64,000 nucleotides of DNA from Desulfovibrio sp. (GCA_031280915.1 JAITGC010000078.1:52069-116068), one strand, 5' to 3'. Positions 30,909 to 42,405 are shown, counted from the stretch's first letter. Notes: generated by a model from the sequence alone, not told the origin. Numbers and translations are program-made.

Positions 30909-31365
30909 TGTTTTTTCTCCACCGTCGCGTCAGCGTGAAAATACGCCATGCGAAAGGTAAAAAAAGGGCCTGAAGAAGACATTTGTCCAAGGTGCCGCGC
31001 ATGTCGAAATTCATATTCTGCAGCGGCGCCATAAGCCAGTCAAGCGCATAGTATGGCCCGATGAGAACAGTGGAAAGCAGCACGACAAAAAGGAAACTTT
31101 TTACCTCAAACCACCATTGCCCCAGACGAAAAAGCACCGCCGTCATCACATATAAAAGCACGGAGCCGCCGAAAAGTCGTGTGCCCATGCCCTCCTGCAA
31201 AAAGATAAAGAGCGGCCCCAGCCAAAATATATTTTTGTAATCCCGTTCCTGCAGCAGAATCAGCAGACCGACCGCCAGAACGTCCACACCCGGCAGCGCC
31301 GCTTGTATCACAATGGCCGCCGTGATAAAGACGGCCCACCAGCACAGATTCCGTATTTCCTTCAT
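30892..31365 (-). CDS. mreD: Membrane protein in MreD position
   Basis: Hydrophobic 157 aa between mreC and mrdA with overlapping start/stop; call is positional. Confidence 0.7.
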   Translation of the reverse strand: MKEIRNLCWWAVFITAAIVIQAALPGVDVLAVGLLILLQERDYKNIFWLGPLFIFLQEGMGTRLFGGSVLLYVMTAVLFRLGQWWFEVKSFLFVVLLSTVLIGPYYALDWLMAPLQNMNFDMRGTLDKCLLQALFLPFAWRIFTLTRRWRKNNEAAE

Positions 31366-32257
31366 GGCGCCATCGTTTTTTGCGGCACCAGCGGGCCGAC
31401 AAACTCTGCGGGGGAGTCGTCAGGCTCTTCCGACAAGCGCGCAATGCCCGTCGGTTCCAGAAGAATCACTTCTTCAAGATAGCGCGAAGCCACCAGAGGC
31501 TCAGCCTCAATGGCCAGAAACTGGGTATAGTCCGAGGGGGCGACGCTCTTGACGCGCGCGGCCGGTATCCCTTTGGGAAATTTACGATCCAACCCGGCGG
31601 TGATGAGGATGTCGCCCTGCTTGATATTAGCGTCGCGCCGCACAAAATTGACTTCCAGAGGTTTGTCGGGGCCTTTGCCTGTCAGGATTCCGAAGGCACG
31701 GCTGCTTTGGGTTATAACGGCAACGCGGCTCCCGGGGTCCGTCAGCAGCAAAACATTGGCCGTGTGGGCGCTTGCGCGCAGAATACGGCCCACAAGCCCT
31801 TCGTTGGTGACAAGGGGCGTATTTGGCCGTCCGCCCGTCATATAGCCACGATTTATAACTATACTGGCGAGCACAGCGTTAGGGCCCATGCGGCCGGCCA
31901 GAACACGGGCGCCCAAGGGTTTCCAGACCGGGTCTTCGGGCAGGTCGATAAGCTTGCGCAGGCGCTCAAGTTCCGCCAGGAGTTCCCCATAAATTTCAAG
32001 ACGCGTCTCAAGTTCGCCGAGGCGGGCTTTAAGCCGCTCGCTTTCTTCCCGCATATTGACGAGATCAAAATACCGCCGCCACAATTCCCGGAGGGAATCC
32101 TGCATGGCGCGCAACGGCGCGAGAACGGCGCCAGTCAGTTCGAGGCCGGTGTCAGTCGCGAGTTCATCCAGCGTGCGGGTGCGTTGATTCCAGGTGTACA
32201 TGCCCAGAAAAAGTATGAGCAGTATGCCCGCAAGAATCAGAATGCGCCGAAAGGTCA

Positions 32258-32258
<1 letters not shown>
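31362..32258 (-). CDS. mreC: Rod shape-determining protein MreC
   Basis: N-terminal TM and coiled coil; GLVGRI, LLLTDP.S.V.V, FPKGIP. Confidence 0.93.
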
Positions 32259-33430
<1,172 letters not shown>

Positions 33431-33677
33431 TCAAGACAAGAAGTATAAAGTTCAAAATCTTTTACAATCTTCCCGGCAGCGGTTCAATTCACCGGGTTCC
33501 CGCCTCCGGCATCGTTTTTCGCCTCGGTCACACTCCATAAAAACGCGCTCCCGTGGCCAAGAACCAGTCTGCCCCGGCTGACGACAAACTGAACCCCCGC
33601 CTGAAGATTTCAAAGGGACGCACTGTCGCGCCGGCCGCCATGTGGACAGACCACGCCTTGTCGTATAATTGAAAGGG

Positions 33678-35306
33678 ATGTTTTCCGCGCGTTCACGTTT
33701 TCCGCGTCCCGCCGACGCGCTTTTTTTCGCGCTGACCGCTGTATGGGCCTTGGGCGCCCTGTGGGGGGTGTGGCGCATATCCGGGGAAGGGGCGGAAATG
33801 GACAGCGACCTCCGTTGCTATGCCCAGAACATGGCCGGAGCGGCCCATCGCGAGATGTTCGGCGCAGACCCTCTGCTGAACGGAGAAACCCCGGCCAACG
33901 CCTTCTGGAATCTGGAGAATTTTCTCGCAGGACTGCTCGCGCCGGGCGACAACTATGCCCTGGGTCTGTATATGGCCGGGGCGTTGTGTTTTTTCGCGCA
34001 CTACGTCGCCCATTACCTGCTGGGGCGTTTTCTCTTCGGCGCGCCGGCCCTCGCCTGTCTGCTCTCGCTTCTTATGGGGGTGACGGTCTGGTTCAATTTC
34101 GGCACGTTCTGGGGGCCCGCCTTTTCCGATCCAACGCCGCGCGTTTTTTTCGCCGCCCTGTGGCCTCTGCTGACGGCCTGCTCGCTGGTCGCCCTGGACA
34201 GGCCGCGCCTGCGGCCCCTGGTCATGCTGGCTTGCGGGATCTGCATCTATGTGCACGCCATCAGCGCCCTGAATGTCGGCGCCATGTTGTTTATGGCCTT
34301 TTTGTTAAGGGGGAGGGGTATGCGCCCCGCCGCGCATCTGGCCAATTGCGGTTTCGGACTGTGCCTGTTTTTCATCCCCGTGCTGTTCTTTCTCTGGCCA
34401 TCCCTGGGACAGGAGCGCGTTTTTACTCCTGAGGAACTGTCGATATTCAAGGAAGCGTTCGCCTTGCGTTTTCGGGAAGACCACGGAGACCTTCCGGAGC
34501 GCCTGCTCAGCCACGTGCGCTTCGGCAGCGACACGCTGCTTTTGTTTTGCGGCGGACTGGCCGGTTTTATCGTGACCGTGGTGAAGGGAAGCGGGAGACA
34601 GAAAAAGCTGGCCTCCATGTATCCCGGTTTTTTGCTGGGGATGGCCCTGGTGGTGTTATTTTCCTGGTTGGAGCCCAAGGCGGCGGAATCCCTGGGGAGA
34701 ATCCCCATGGGGCGGGAATTTGTCCGCGGCGTGCGTTTTCTGGCTCCGCTGAGTTGGCTGATGATCGTTTCCGCGGTGGCTTGTTTTTGGCCGCGCCTGC
34801 GTGGCAGCATACGCTTGCTCATCGTATCGGGCGTCATTGCCTGCGTTTTGTTGACAAATCAGGACCGTTGGCACACGGGAGCCTTTTATACATTTTCGCA
34901 ATACACCGGCCTGCCCGCGCCCATGCGGGAACAAGCCCTGCAAATACAGGAGCGGGCTGAGCATTACAGGCAGGCCCTTTTCGCGGTCGCGCGGCTTGTG
35001 CCGCCCGGTTCGCCGGTGTTCGGCCTGAACGACGACATGGCCCTGCGCTATCTGGCCCTGCGCCCGCTGGCCTGGTCATTCAAGGACGGCTCGTCTTTTT
35101 TGTACAACAAGGATATAGGGGGAACGCGCCACTGGCTGCGGCTCACCGCCCTGACGGAACAGGGCGCGGAAGGTTGGCTGGAGGCCTGGAGGCTTTCCGA
35201 AGCTGACTGGCTATTGATTGAACGGCGACAGGGCATGGAGATGCTTGAACGGCACGGCGGGATTGTCTGGGAAAACCGTGACTGGTTCGTCGCCCGCCGC
35301 CGGTGA
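33678..35306 (+). CDS. Multi-pass membrane protein, GT-C-fold glycosyltransferase-like
   Basis: About 11-13 hydrophobic segments; acidic DSD loop after TM1; soluble C-terminal domain (LVPPGSPV..LRYLALRPL..KDG). Confidence 0.65.
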   Translation: MFSARSRFPRPADALFFALTAVWALGALWGVWRISGEGAEMDSDLRCYAQNMAGAAHREMFGADPLLNGETPANAFWNLENFLAGLLAPGDNYALGLYMAGALCFFAHYVAHYLLGRFLFGAPALACLLSLLMGVTVWFNFGTFWGPAFSDPTPRVFFAALWPLLTACSLVALDRPRLRPLVMLACGICIYVHAISALNVGAMLFMAFLLRGRGMRPAAHLANCGFGLCLFFIPVLFFLWPSLGQERVFTPEELSIFKEAFALRFREDHGDLPERLLSHVRFGSDTLLLFCGGLAGFIVTVVKGSGRQKKLASMYPGFLLGMALVVLFSWLEPKAAESLGRIPMGREFVRGVRFLAPLSWLMIVSAVACFWPRLRGSIRLLIVSGVIACVLLTNQDRWHTGAFYTFSQYTGLPAPMREQALQIQERAEHYRQALFAVARLVPPGSPVFGLNDDMALRYLALRPLAWSFKDGSSFLYNKDIGGTRHWLRLTALTEQGAEGWLEAWRLSEADWLLIERRQGMEMLERHGGIVWENRDWFVARRR

Positions 35307-35317
35307 AATGCGGACAT

Positions 35318-35346
35318 TGGAACAATTTCGCTTCGCAATTGCTCTA
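35318..35346. repeat. Minimal 9-9-9 palindrome of the TAGAGCA family
   Basis: T-GGAACAATT-N9-AATTGCTCT-A between convergent genes. Confidence 0.55.
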
Positions 35347-35381
35347 AAAATTTCGTCCACAAGTCCGATTACCGGACGGGT

Positions 35382-36242
35382 TCACTTCCACTTTGCCAAA
35401 CAAACCCGCAGAATTCGCGTCAATTCCAGACAGTCGCCGACGCTTGGGCGTCCGTCCGGAGGAATGCGCAACATCCTTTCATAGGCCAAGGCCACGCCAG
35501 GCGGGCAATGAGCGTCAGTATACAGATAGCCAGCGTCAAATTTTGTGTGCCTGAGTTTTTTGTCCAAAAAATCGCGTTCGAGAAGGGCAAATTCCGCTTT
35601 ATCCACAGGCAGGCGAAAACAATCTGCAATGGCGGCGATCCCTTCTCCGGGATTGTCGATAAATGCGTCATAATTTATGAAAATATGGGCAAAATGACGC
35701 GCATGGCAGAAACATTCCAGCATATGGCTCGCCCACAACAGGTATCCGTGGGGGAGGGGCAGTTTATCCCGTTTGTACAGCGAAGCGGCCACGCTTGCGG
35801 GATTGCGGAAAACAAAAACAACGAAGGGCCGTGCCGGAACCGCCTCAAAAGCCCGATGCCAGAAGGGCAGAAGTTTTGTCATTCGCGGGTCTTTCAGGGC
35901 ATAGAAACCCGTGGCGGAAATTTTGCTCCGCAACAGGGCGGCGGCGGCCTCAACAAAGCCGTTTTCGGCGAGATTTTGCACATCTCGTGCTGTTACCTGG
36001 GCAACGCGGTCCCAGCTCGCGTTTATGCTTGTGAGCATACGCTCGTTGAGCCGCAGGACGTCGATATCCTCCCAGTGCCCCTTGGGATTGGAAGAAAGAC
36101 CGCCGACAAGATTTTCGCCATGCCGCGCGCCAAAAACCCTGAGACTGAGCGAAACGGCGCTTGTGCCGCTTCTATGCATGCCGAGCGCCGTGATGCATTT
36201 CGCGGGAGGCCTTTGCGCCGTCCGGCCATCAGGGCGTTTCAT
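35382..36242 (-). CDS. Sulfotransferase-family (PAPS-binding P-loop) protein
   Basis: LGMHRSGTS 5'-PSB motif, NPKGHWED, LKDPRM, VFRNPASVAASL.KRD. Confidence 0.85.
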   Translation of the reverse strand: MKRPDGRTAQRPPAKCITALGMHRSGTSAVSLSLRVFGARHGENLVGGLSSNPKGHWEDIDVLRLNERMLTSINASWDRVAQVTARDVQNLAENGFVEAAAALLRSKISATGFYALKDPRMTKLLPFWHRAFEAVPARPFVVFVFRNPASVAASLYKRDKLPLPHGYLLWASHMLECFCHARHFAHIFINYDAFIDNPGEGIAAIADCFRLPVDKAEFALLERDFLDKKLRHTKFDAGYLYTDAHCPPGVALAYERMLRIPPDGRPSVGDCLELTRILRVCLAKWK

Positions 36243-36272
36243 CTCGCAATGTTCCCCATGTTCAGAACATGT

Positions 36273-37847
36273 TCAAAAGGTATAGGCCAGCACAAGCTGG
36301 GCTTTCCAGGTGTCCTTTTTCTCGAAGGAAGTGCTGTTTTCGCCTCCCGCTTTTTTCCATGTTCCGTTATCCATGCAATTGACAACATAGCCGAGTTCCA
36401 GATTCATCTCCAGATTCTCGTAAACCTGCCAGGAATTGACCAAATTGAATTCCAGCAGACCGTCGCTGGTCGTCAGAAAGGTCTCCATGAAACGGCTGTC
36501 GTTCCAGGCATAGGACGTGCCCATGTATTTGGTCATGGAAGGTGAATTGGTGCCGCCCCACCAGGCCACGGTCAGGGTATGGCCGAGGTTTTCCAGAAAT
36601 CTCACGTCCTTGACGCGCGCGCCTATGCCCCAGGTTCCGGCGTAACTCGCTCCGTAGTCAAGCCAGGTCCAGTGCGGCGCCCAACCGAGATTGCCGTCGC
36701 CAATGAAGCTGGTGAAGTTGCCGTAAGCGGCGATGGAGGGCATGCGCTCCGAGCCGTTTTTGGGATCGCCGTCCTCGCCGGAGGCGTACCAGCCGAAGAT
36801 GCCGGGGATGCCCCAGTCCGCCTTGTACTCGACAAGGGCCTTGGCAAGCCAGCCTTCACGCCGGGTGTCACCCCGACGGTCGGTACGTTGGCCGTATTTG
36901 TATACGTCGTACCGGCCCATGCCTTCCACATAGCCATAGTTGACGTCAAATTCGATATTCAGCGGTTCCAGGGCCGTCAGGGTCAAGGGCAGCCCGGCCC
37001 AGAACATGGACCCGTAAGCCTTGGATGTCTTGCCTGTGTGGTCGCCCGGCCGTCCACCGATGTCGTCGCCGGCAATAACGCTGGGGTAGGGACCGAATGT
37101 GTACTGCGGCCAGCCGTCGCCGAGGGCGCCGTCCTGCCAGGCGTCAAATTTCCCGGTATTTTTGCCGCGCAGTCCGTACATGGCCCAGGGGGTCGCCTCA
37201 AAAGCGTCGAATTTCAAAGGCAGCAGCAGAGCAAAAAAATCCATGTTGTCAAGATGGTTGACGCGGCCGGGGTTGTCGTTGTTCCAGGCGGCGGGGTCGC
37301 TGTAGTTGTCGTTGAAAGGCCGCGCCCACAGGGCCGTCAGGCCCACATTGTCGTTGAACTGATAAGACGTTGTGACGCCAGCCGCGTCAGTGGCGAACAC
37401 GGCCGGGCCGCCCGCCGCGTTGGGCAGGGTGACGTCCTGCAGGCCCATGCGAAATTTGAGAGCGGTATTGGGTACAGCCCAGTCCAGGTGGGCGTTTTTC
37501 AGTTTAATCACGTTTGTCCTGTCCGCGCCCATAGCGCCGCCGTTGGTTTCGCCCTGGTCCTGTCCCCATGTCATATCGCCGATTTCAAAATACACCGTGC
37601 CGGAAAGGTTTTCCGAGGCTGAGGCTTCCAGTTTCAGGCGCACCATCTGATTGGCCCGGAAAATATCCTCACTGTCGGCCTTCCTTTTCACGTCTCCGGG
37701 CGCGCGGGCGTTACTGACCGGATTTGGCTGCCCGGCGCCAAAGCCCATGTACCATTCCCCGCCGATTTTGAAGTCAACGGCCCTTGCCCCGGCAACCGTT
37801 CCCAGCAGCATTCCGGCTGCCAGCAAAAGCGTCGCAATACGTTTCAT
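36273..37847 (-). CDS. Desulfovibrio-type outer membrane homotrimeric porin (paralogue 1)
   Basis: Signal peptide MKRIATLLLAAG..ARA|VDFK; ASENLSGTVYFEIG, KNGSERMPS; terminal LAYTF beta-signal. Confidence 0.9.
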   Translation of the reverse strand: MKRIATLLLAAGMLLGTVAGARAVDFKIGGEWYMGFGAGQPNPVSNARAPGDVKRKADSEDIFRANQMVRLKLEASASENLSGTVYFEIGDMTWGQDQGETNGGAMGADRTNVIKLKNAHLDWAVPNTALKFRMGLQDVTLPNAAGGPAVFATDAAGVTTSYQFNDNVGLTALWARPFNDNYSDPAAWNNDNPGRVNHLDNMDFFALLLPLKFDAFEATPWAMYGLRGKNTGKFDAWQDGALGDGWPQYTFGPYPSVIAGDDIGGRPGDHTGKTSKAYGSMFWAGLPLTLTALEPLNIEFDVNYGYVEGMGRYDVYKYGQRTDRRGDTRREGWLAKALVEYKADWGIPGIFGWYASGEDGDPKNGSERMPSIAAYGNFTSFIGDGNLGWAPHWTWLDYGASYAGTWGIGARVKDVRFLENLGHTLTVAWWGGTNSPSMTKYMGTSYAWNDSRFMETFLTTSDGLLEFNLVNSWQVYENLEMNLELGYVVNCMDNGTWKKAGGENSTSFEKKDTWKAQLVLAYTF

Positions 37848-38103
37848 AACGCCCCCTGACGAATGTTTGAAATCACAACTCCGCAAATGCAATGCGAAGG
37901 GGCAAATGTCAAGGGCGGCATTTTTGGAGGCTTTTGCCTCGCCCCAAGGGACACGCGCGTAATTTCAAGGCCCGTCATGGCGCTTGTGGACGCGCCATAA
38001 CGGGCCTCAAGGATTCTTCAGGAATTCGTCAACGAATTCCTGCGGAACGGTCACTCATTTCATCCGAGAATCATCTCGGATAGTATGAAAAGCGCTCTAC
38101 AGC

Positions 38104-38281
38104 CAGAGCATTTTCACTTTGAAATGCTTGCTTGACGGCGAAGCAAGTTCGCCTTGCAAGCATTTCGTGGCGCGAATTTTCAAAAAATCCGCAAGGGATA
38201 GGCATCCGATATGCCCCTGACGGGGCTACGGCTGACGATCCGCGCTGGGCGGTCAAACATTTTCAATGTTAAACCACTCTA
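38104..38281. repeat. Full-length mosaic palindromic repeat (TAGAGCA family) between the porin genes
   Basis: Left end CAGAGCATTTTCACTTTGAAATGCT, right end AACATTTTCAATGTTAAACCACTCTA; its TAG is the porin-2 stop codon. Confidence 0.75.
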
Positions 38282-39835
38282 GAAGGTATAGGCAAAAACC
38301 ACCTGCGCCTTCCAGATGTCCTGCTTTTCAAAGGACGTCTCCCGACCGGAATTGGTCTTTTTCCATGTTCCGTTGTCCATGAAATTGACCACATAGCCAA
38401 GTTCAAAGTTCATTTCGAGATTTTCGTAAATCTGCCAGGAATTGATCAGGTTGAATTCCAACAGGCCGTCATTCTTGGTCATGTACGGGCCTTCCAGGGT
38501 GCCGTTGTCCCAATCCCACGCGGTCATCATGTATTTGGCCATGGAGGGCGAGTTGGTGCCGCCCCAATAGGCCACGGTAAAGGCATGCTTGAGATTTTCC
38601 ACAAAGCTCACGTCCGTGATGCGGGCGCCGATGCCCCAGGTGCCGGCATAACTCGTGTTTCTGTCGTAGTAATTGCCGGAGGCCCAACCCAGGTTTCCGT
38701 CACCGATGAAACTGGTGAAATTGCCGTAGGGGCAGAGAGAGGGCATGCGTTCCGAGCCGTTTTTGGGGTTGCCGTCGTCACCGGAGGCGTACCAGCCGAA
38801 AATACCGGGCGCGCCCCAGTCCATCTTGTATTCAATGAGGGCTTTGGCCAGCCAGCCCTGCCGTTCGGTGCTGCCGCGTCCGTGGAATTGCCCTCTTTTG
38901 TAAAGGTCATAGCGGCCCATGCTTTCCACATAGCCGTAGTTAATATCAAGTTCGATATTCAGCGGATCCCAGGCGGTGACGGCCAAAGGCAGGCCGGCCC
39001 AGAACATGGAGCCATACGCCTTGGACGTTTTGCCCACCGGATGGACGTTGGGATTCACGGAACTGGCCGGGAGGGCGGTATAGGGGTAAGGACCGAGGGT
39101 GAAGACCGGCGATCCGTCGGCAAGTTCGTTGGCGTCATAGGCGTCAAATTTGGCGCTGTTCTTGCCTCTCATGCCGTACATGAGCCAGGGTGTGGCTTCA
39201 AAACCGTCGAACTTCAAGGGCAGCAACAGGGCGAAAAGATCCATGTTGTCCAGGTAATTTGCCCGGTTGGAGCTGTCGTTCCAGTACGTGTAGCCGTCAT
39301 TATAATTGTCGTTGAAGGGGCGCGCCCACAAAGCGGTCAAGCCAACGTTGTCGTTGAACTGATATGAGGCCGTGATGCCGGCCATCTGGGTGTCCAACAC
39401 CGCACCGCCGCCGGCCGTGTTGGGCAGGGCCACGGTTTGCAGCCCCATACGGATTTTGAGATCCGTACTCGGCACGGCCCAGTCCAGATAGGCGGCATGA
39501 AGCGCGATGGTGTTGGTTCTGTCCGCGCCCATGGCGCCGCCTTCATCATCTTTGCCCCACGTGGTGTCCCCTATTTGAAAAAACACCGTACCGGAAAGGC
39601 TTTCGGAAGCGACGGCATCCAGTTGCAGGCGCAGACGCTGCGTGGCGGTAAACGCGTCATCGCTGCTGTATTTATGTTTGCCGCCGCCGTCGTGGATTTT
39701 GTTAATAAAATCCGTTTTCCCCACGCCAAAACCCATCAGCCATTCGCCCTCCGCCTTGAAGTCAATGGCGCCGGCCCCAGGCGCGGCGCCCAGCAGCATC
39801 GCGGCGGCCAGGAAAAGTGTTGCGATTCGTTTCAT
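38279..39835 (-). CDS. Desulfovibrio-type outer membrane homotrimeric porin (paralogue 2)
   Basis: MKRIATLFLAAA..AGA|IDFK; same conserved blocks as paralogue 1; terminal FAYTF. Confidence 0.9.
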   Translation of the reverse strand: MKRIATLFLAAAMLLGAAPGAGAIDFKAEGEWLMGFGVGKTDFINKIHDGGGKHKYSSDDAFTATQRLRLQLDAVASESLSGTVFFQIGDTTWGKDDEGGAMGADRTNTIALHAAYLDWAVPSTDLKIRMGLQTVALPNTAGGGAVLDTQMAGITASYQFNDNVGLTALWARPFNDNYNDGYTYWNDSSNRANYLDNMDLFALLLPLKFDGFEATPWLMYGMRGKNSAKFDAYDANELADGSPVFTLGPYPYTALPASSVNPNVHPVGKTSKAYGSMFWAGLPLAVTAWDPLNIELDINYGYVESMGRYDLYKRGQFHGRGSTERQGWLAKALIEYKMDWGAPGIFGWYASGDDGNPKNGSERMPSLCPYGNFTSFIGDGNLGWASGNYYDRNTSYAGTWGIGARITDVSFVENLKHAFTVAYWGGTNSPSMAKYMMTAWDWDNGTLEGPYMTKNDGLLEFNLINSWQIYENLEMNFELGYVVNFMDNGTWKKTNSGRETSFEKQDIWKAQVVFAYTF

Positions 39836-39893
39836 AATGCCTCCTTCGGTTTCGTTGTTGCTCAGACAATAATACATTTTAAAAAGACATGTT

Positions 39894-39921
39894 ACTATAC
39901 CCGTTGGTCAATAGCTGTCAA
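39894..39921 (-). promoter_or_regulatory. Sigma70 promoter for porin paralogue 2
   Basis: Minus strand TTGACA-N16-TATAGT, about 60 bp before the ATG. Confidence 0.6.
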
Positions 39922-39940
39922 GGCACGCACACTACAGTGC

Positions 39941-40099
39941 TCAGGCATCCTTCGAGCAGCCGCAGCAGCCGCAGGCGCAAGACGTGCTCTTCCGCCGTTT
40001 CCTGTCCCCGAGCAGCTTGACGACGACAGCCAGCAGCACTCCCGCGACAATGGTTCCGACCAGCAATGTCCCGCTGTTTTCAACAATAAGGGCATACAT
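39941..40099 (-). CDS. FeoB-associated Cys-rich membrane protein (52 aa, absent from ORF track)
   Basis: Manual translation MYALIVENSGTLLVGTIVAGVLLAVVVKLLGDRKRRKSTSCACGCCGCSKDA; 10 bp after feoB. Confidence 0.85.
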   Translation of the reverse strand: MYALIVENSGTLLVGTIVAGVLLAVVVKLLGDRKRRKSTSCACGCCGCSKDA

Positions 40100-40109
40100 C
40101 GCGCGCCCC

Positions 40110-42383
40110 CTAGTACCGCGCCGCCACGGCCGCTGCCGGCGCGGCGGCCGCGGAGGTCGTTCTTTGCGGCCTGAACAGCAGCCAGAGGAAAAGACCCGTC
40201 AGACCAATGGCCATGACCGTGCCGAGGCCGAACGTTCCCTCGCTGGCAAGAAGGCCGAATTGGTAAACGCACAGTGACACGATATAGGCAAAAGCGCACT
40301 GGTAGCCGATGGCTGTCCAGAACCATCGCGCGCTGTTCATTTCCCGGCTGATGGCTCCCATGGCGGCGAAGCAGGGAGCGCAGAGCAGGTTGAACAACAG
40401 AAAAGAATAGGCCGCCAGGGGCGTAAAATACCCGGCGAGATTCGACCAGATTTCCGCGCCGTCCTCCGCCACTTCCGCAACGCCGAAGAGCACGCCAAAG
40501 GTTCCCACCACATTTTCTTTGGCGATCAATCCTGTAATGGCCGCCACAGTGGCCTGCCAGCCGCCCCAGCCCAGGGGGGAGAAAATCCAGGCTACCGCCG
40601 TGCCGGCTCTGGCAAGAAGGCTCTCCGGCATTTCAACCATGCCGAATCCGCCTTCGCTCCAACCGAAATTGGAGCCGGACCATACAAAGACCGTGGCCAG
40701 CAGGATAATGGTTCCGGCTCTTTTGATGAAGGACCAGCCGCGCTCCCACATGCTGCGCAGAATGCTGCCGGCTGTGGGCCAGTGATAGGCCGGCAGTTCC
40801 ATGACAAAGGGGGACACGCTCCCCGCGAAAAGCGCTGTTTTCTTCAAAATGACGCCGGAGCAGATGATGGCGGCGATGCCCACAAAATAGGTGCTCGGCG
40901 CGACCCACCAGGCCCCGTCGAAGAGAGCGCCCGCTATCAGAGCCAGGATGGGCAGCTTGGCGCTGCACGGGATAAAGGTTGTAGTCATGACCGTGAGCCT
41001 GCGTTCCCGCTCACTCTCAATGGCGCGCGAAGCCATCAGCCCCGGCACTCCGCAGCCTGTGCCTATCAGAATGGGTATGAAGGATTTGCCCGAAAGGCCG
41101 AACCTGCGGAAAAGCCTGTCCATGATAAAGGCCACTCTGGCCATGTAACCGCACTCTTCCATAAAAGCCAGAAAAAGAAAAAGAATGAGCATTTGCGGCA
41201 CAAAGCCGAGCACAGCTCCCACACCGGCGACAATGCCGTCAATGACCAGACCTTGCAGCCATTCGGCACAATCGACGGCCTTGAGCGCATCGCCGAGCGC
41301 GGCCGGAACACCCGGAACCCATATGCCGTAGGCGGCAGGATCAGGCGTTTCGGCGCCCTCTGCGCCTTCAGCCTGTTCAAGGGCCTGTTCGTAGGCGGCT
41401 GAACCGATTCCGGCGAAATGCCAGCCCTTGCCGAAAACGCCATCGTTGGCCCAGTCCGTGGCTATCGCGCCGAGTGTGGTCACAGACACGAAATAGACGA
41501 AAAAAATCGCCAGGGCGAAAATCGGCAAGGCCAGCCAGCGGTGTGTGACAATCCGGTCTATTTTATCCGAGACGCTCAACTGGCCACGTTTTCCCCTTGA
41601 CCGGCACTGGTTGACGATGCCTTCAATGTGCGCATAGCGCGCCCCGGCAATCAGGCTTTCGCAGTCATCCTCCAGTGCCGCTTCGCAATTTTTGATGGAA
41701 CCCTCAATACGCGCCAGCGCCTCCCGGCCAAGGGGCAATTTTTCAAGGTTTTTCGTGTCCCGCTCAAAGAGCTTGACGGCAAGCCGCCGCCGCCGCTCGA
41801 CGGACAAGCCGCCGGAGGAAAGGGCGACTCGCTCGATCTCCCCCAGCGCCTCTTCAATTTCCCGGCCGAAATCAAGCCGGAAATTTTTTCTTTGGTCCTT
41901 GACCGCCTCCAGTACCTGCGGCACGAGCCGATCTATTCCCTCTCCCGTCGCGGCCGATATTTCAACGACCTGACAGCCGAGTTTTTCAGACAGTATCCTG
42001 CTGTCAATGGAATCCCCATTTTTGCGCACAACATCCATCATGTTGATGGCTACAACCATGGGGAGACCGAATTCCAGCAATTGGGTGGTCAGATAGAGAT
42101 TGCGCTCCAGATTCGTTCCGTCCACGATGTTGAGGATGACGTCCGGCTGTTCGTCAGCCAGATAATCCCCGGCGACGATTTCCTCCGGGCTGTGGGGCGA
42201 CAGTGAATAGACGCCGGGCAGATCCACAATGATCACGTCTTCGCGTTGTTTCAGCCTGCCTTCCTTTTTCTCCACAGTAACGCCCGGCCAGTTGCCCACA
42301 AACTGGTTCAGGCCCGTCAGGGCGTTGAAAAGCGTTGTCTTGCCGCTGTTGGGATTGCCGGCAAGCGCGATTTTGAGAGACAT
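40110..42383 (-). CDS. feoB: Ferrous iron transporter B
   Basis: GNPNSGKTTLFN, VGNWPGVTVE, DLPGVYSL, NMMD G-motifs; PFVMELPAY, PCFAA. Confidence 0.97.
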   Translation of the reverse strand: MSLKIALAGNPNSGKTTLFNALTGLNQFVGNWPGVTVEKKEGRLKQREDVIIVDLPGVYSLSPHSPEEIVAGDYLADEQPDVILNIVDGTNLERNLYLTTQLLEFGLPMVVAINMMDVVRKNGDSIDSRILSEKLGCQVVEISAATGEGIDRLVPQVLEAVKDQRKNFRLDFGREIEEALGEIERVALSSGGLSVERRRRLAVKLFERDTKNLEKLPLGREALARIEGSIKNCEAALEDDCESLIAGARYAHIEGIVNQCRSRGKRGQLSVSDKIDRIVTHRWLALPIFALAIFFVYFVSVTTLGAIATDWANDGVFGKGWHFAGIGSAAYEQALEQAEGAEGAETPDPAAYGIWVPGVPAALGDALKAVDCAEWLQGLVIDGIVAGVGAVLGFVPQMLILFLFLAFMEECGYMARVAFIMDRLFRRFGLSGKSFIPILIGTGCGVPGLMASRAIESERERRLTVMTTTFIPCSAKLPILALIAGALFDGAWWVAPSTYFVGIAAIICSGVILKKTALFAGSVSPFVMELPAYHWPTAGSILRSMWERGWSFIKRAGTIILLATVFVWSGSNFGWSEGGFGMVEMPESLLARAGTAVAWIFSPLGWGGWQATVAAITGLIAKENVVGTFGVLFGVAEVAEDGAEIWSNLAGYFTPLAAYSFLLFNLLCAPCFAAMGAISREMNSARWFWTAIGYQCAFAYIVSLCVYQFGLLASEGTFGLGTVMAIGLTGLFLWLLFRPQRTTSAAAAPAAAVAARY

Positions 42384-42405
42384 TAAAACCTCCTCTAAAC
42401 CTTTG

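Noticed and set aside
39932-39943. TGA after the Cys-rich Feo-associated peptide read as selenocysteine
   Set aside because: Read-through adds only two more residues before TAG; no evident SECIS; position does not match a conserved Cys.
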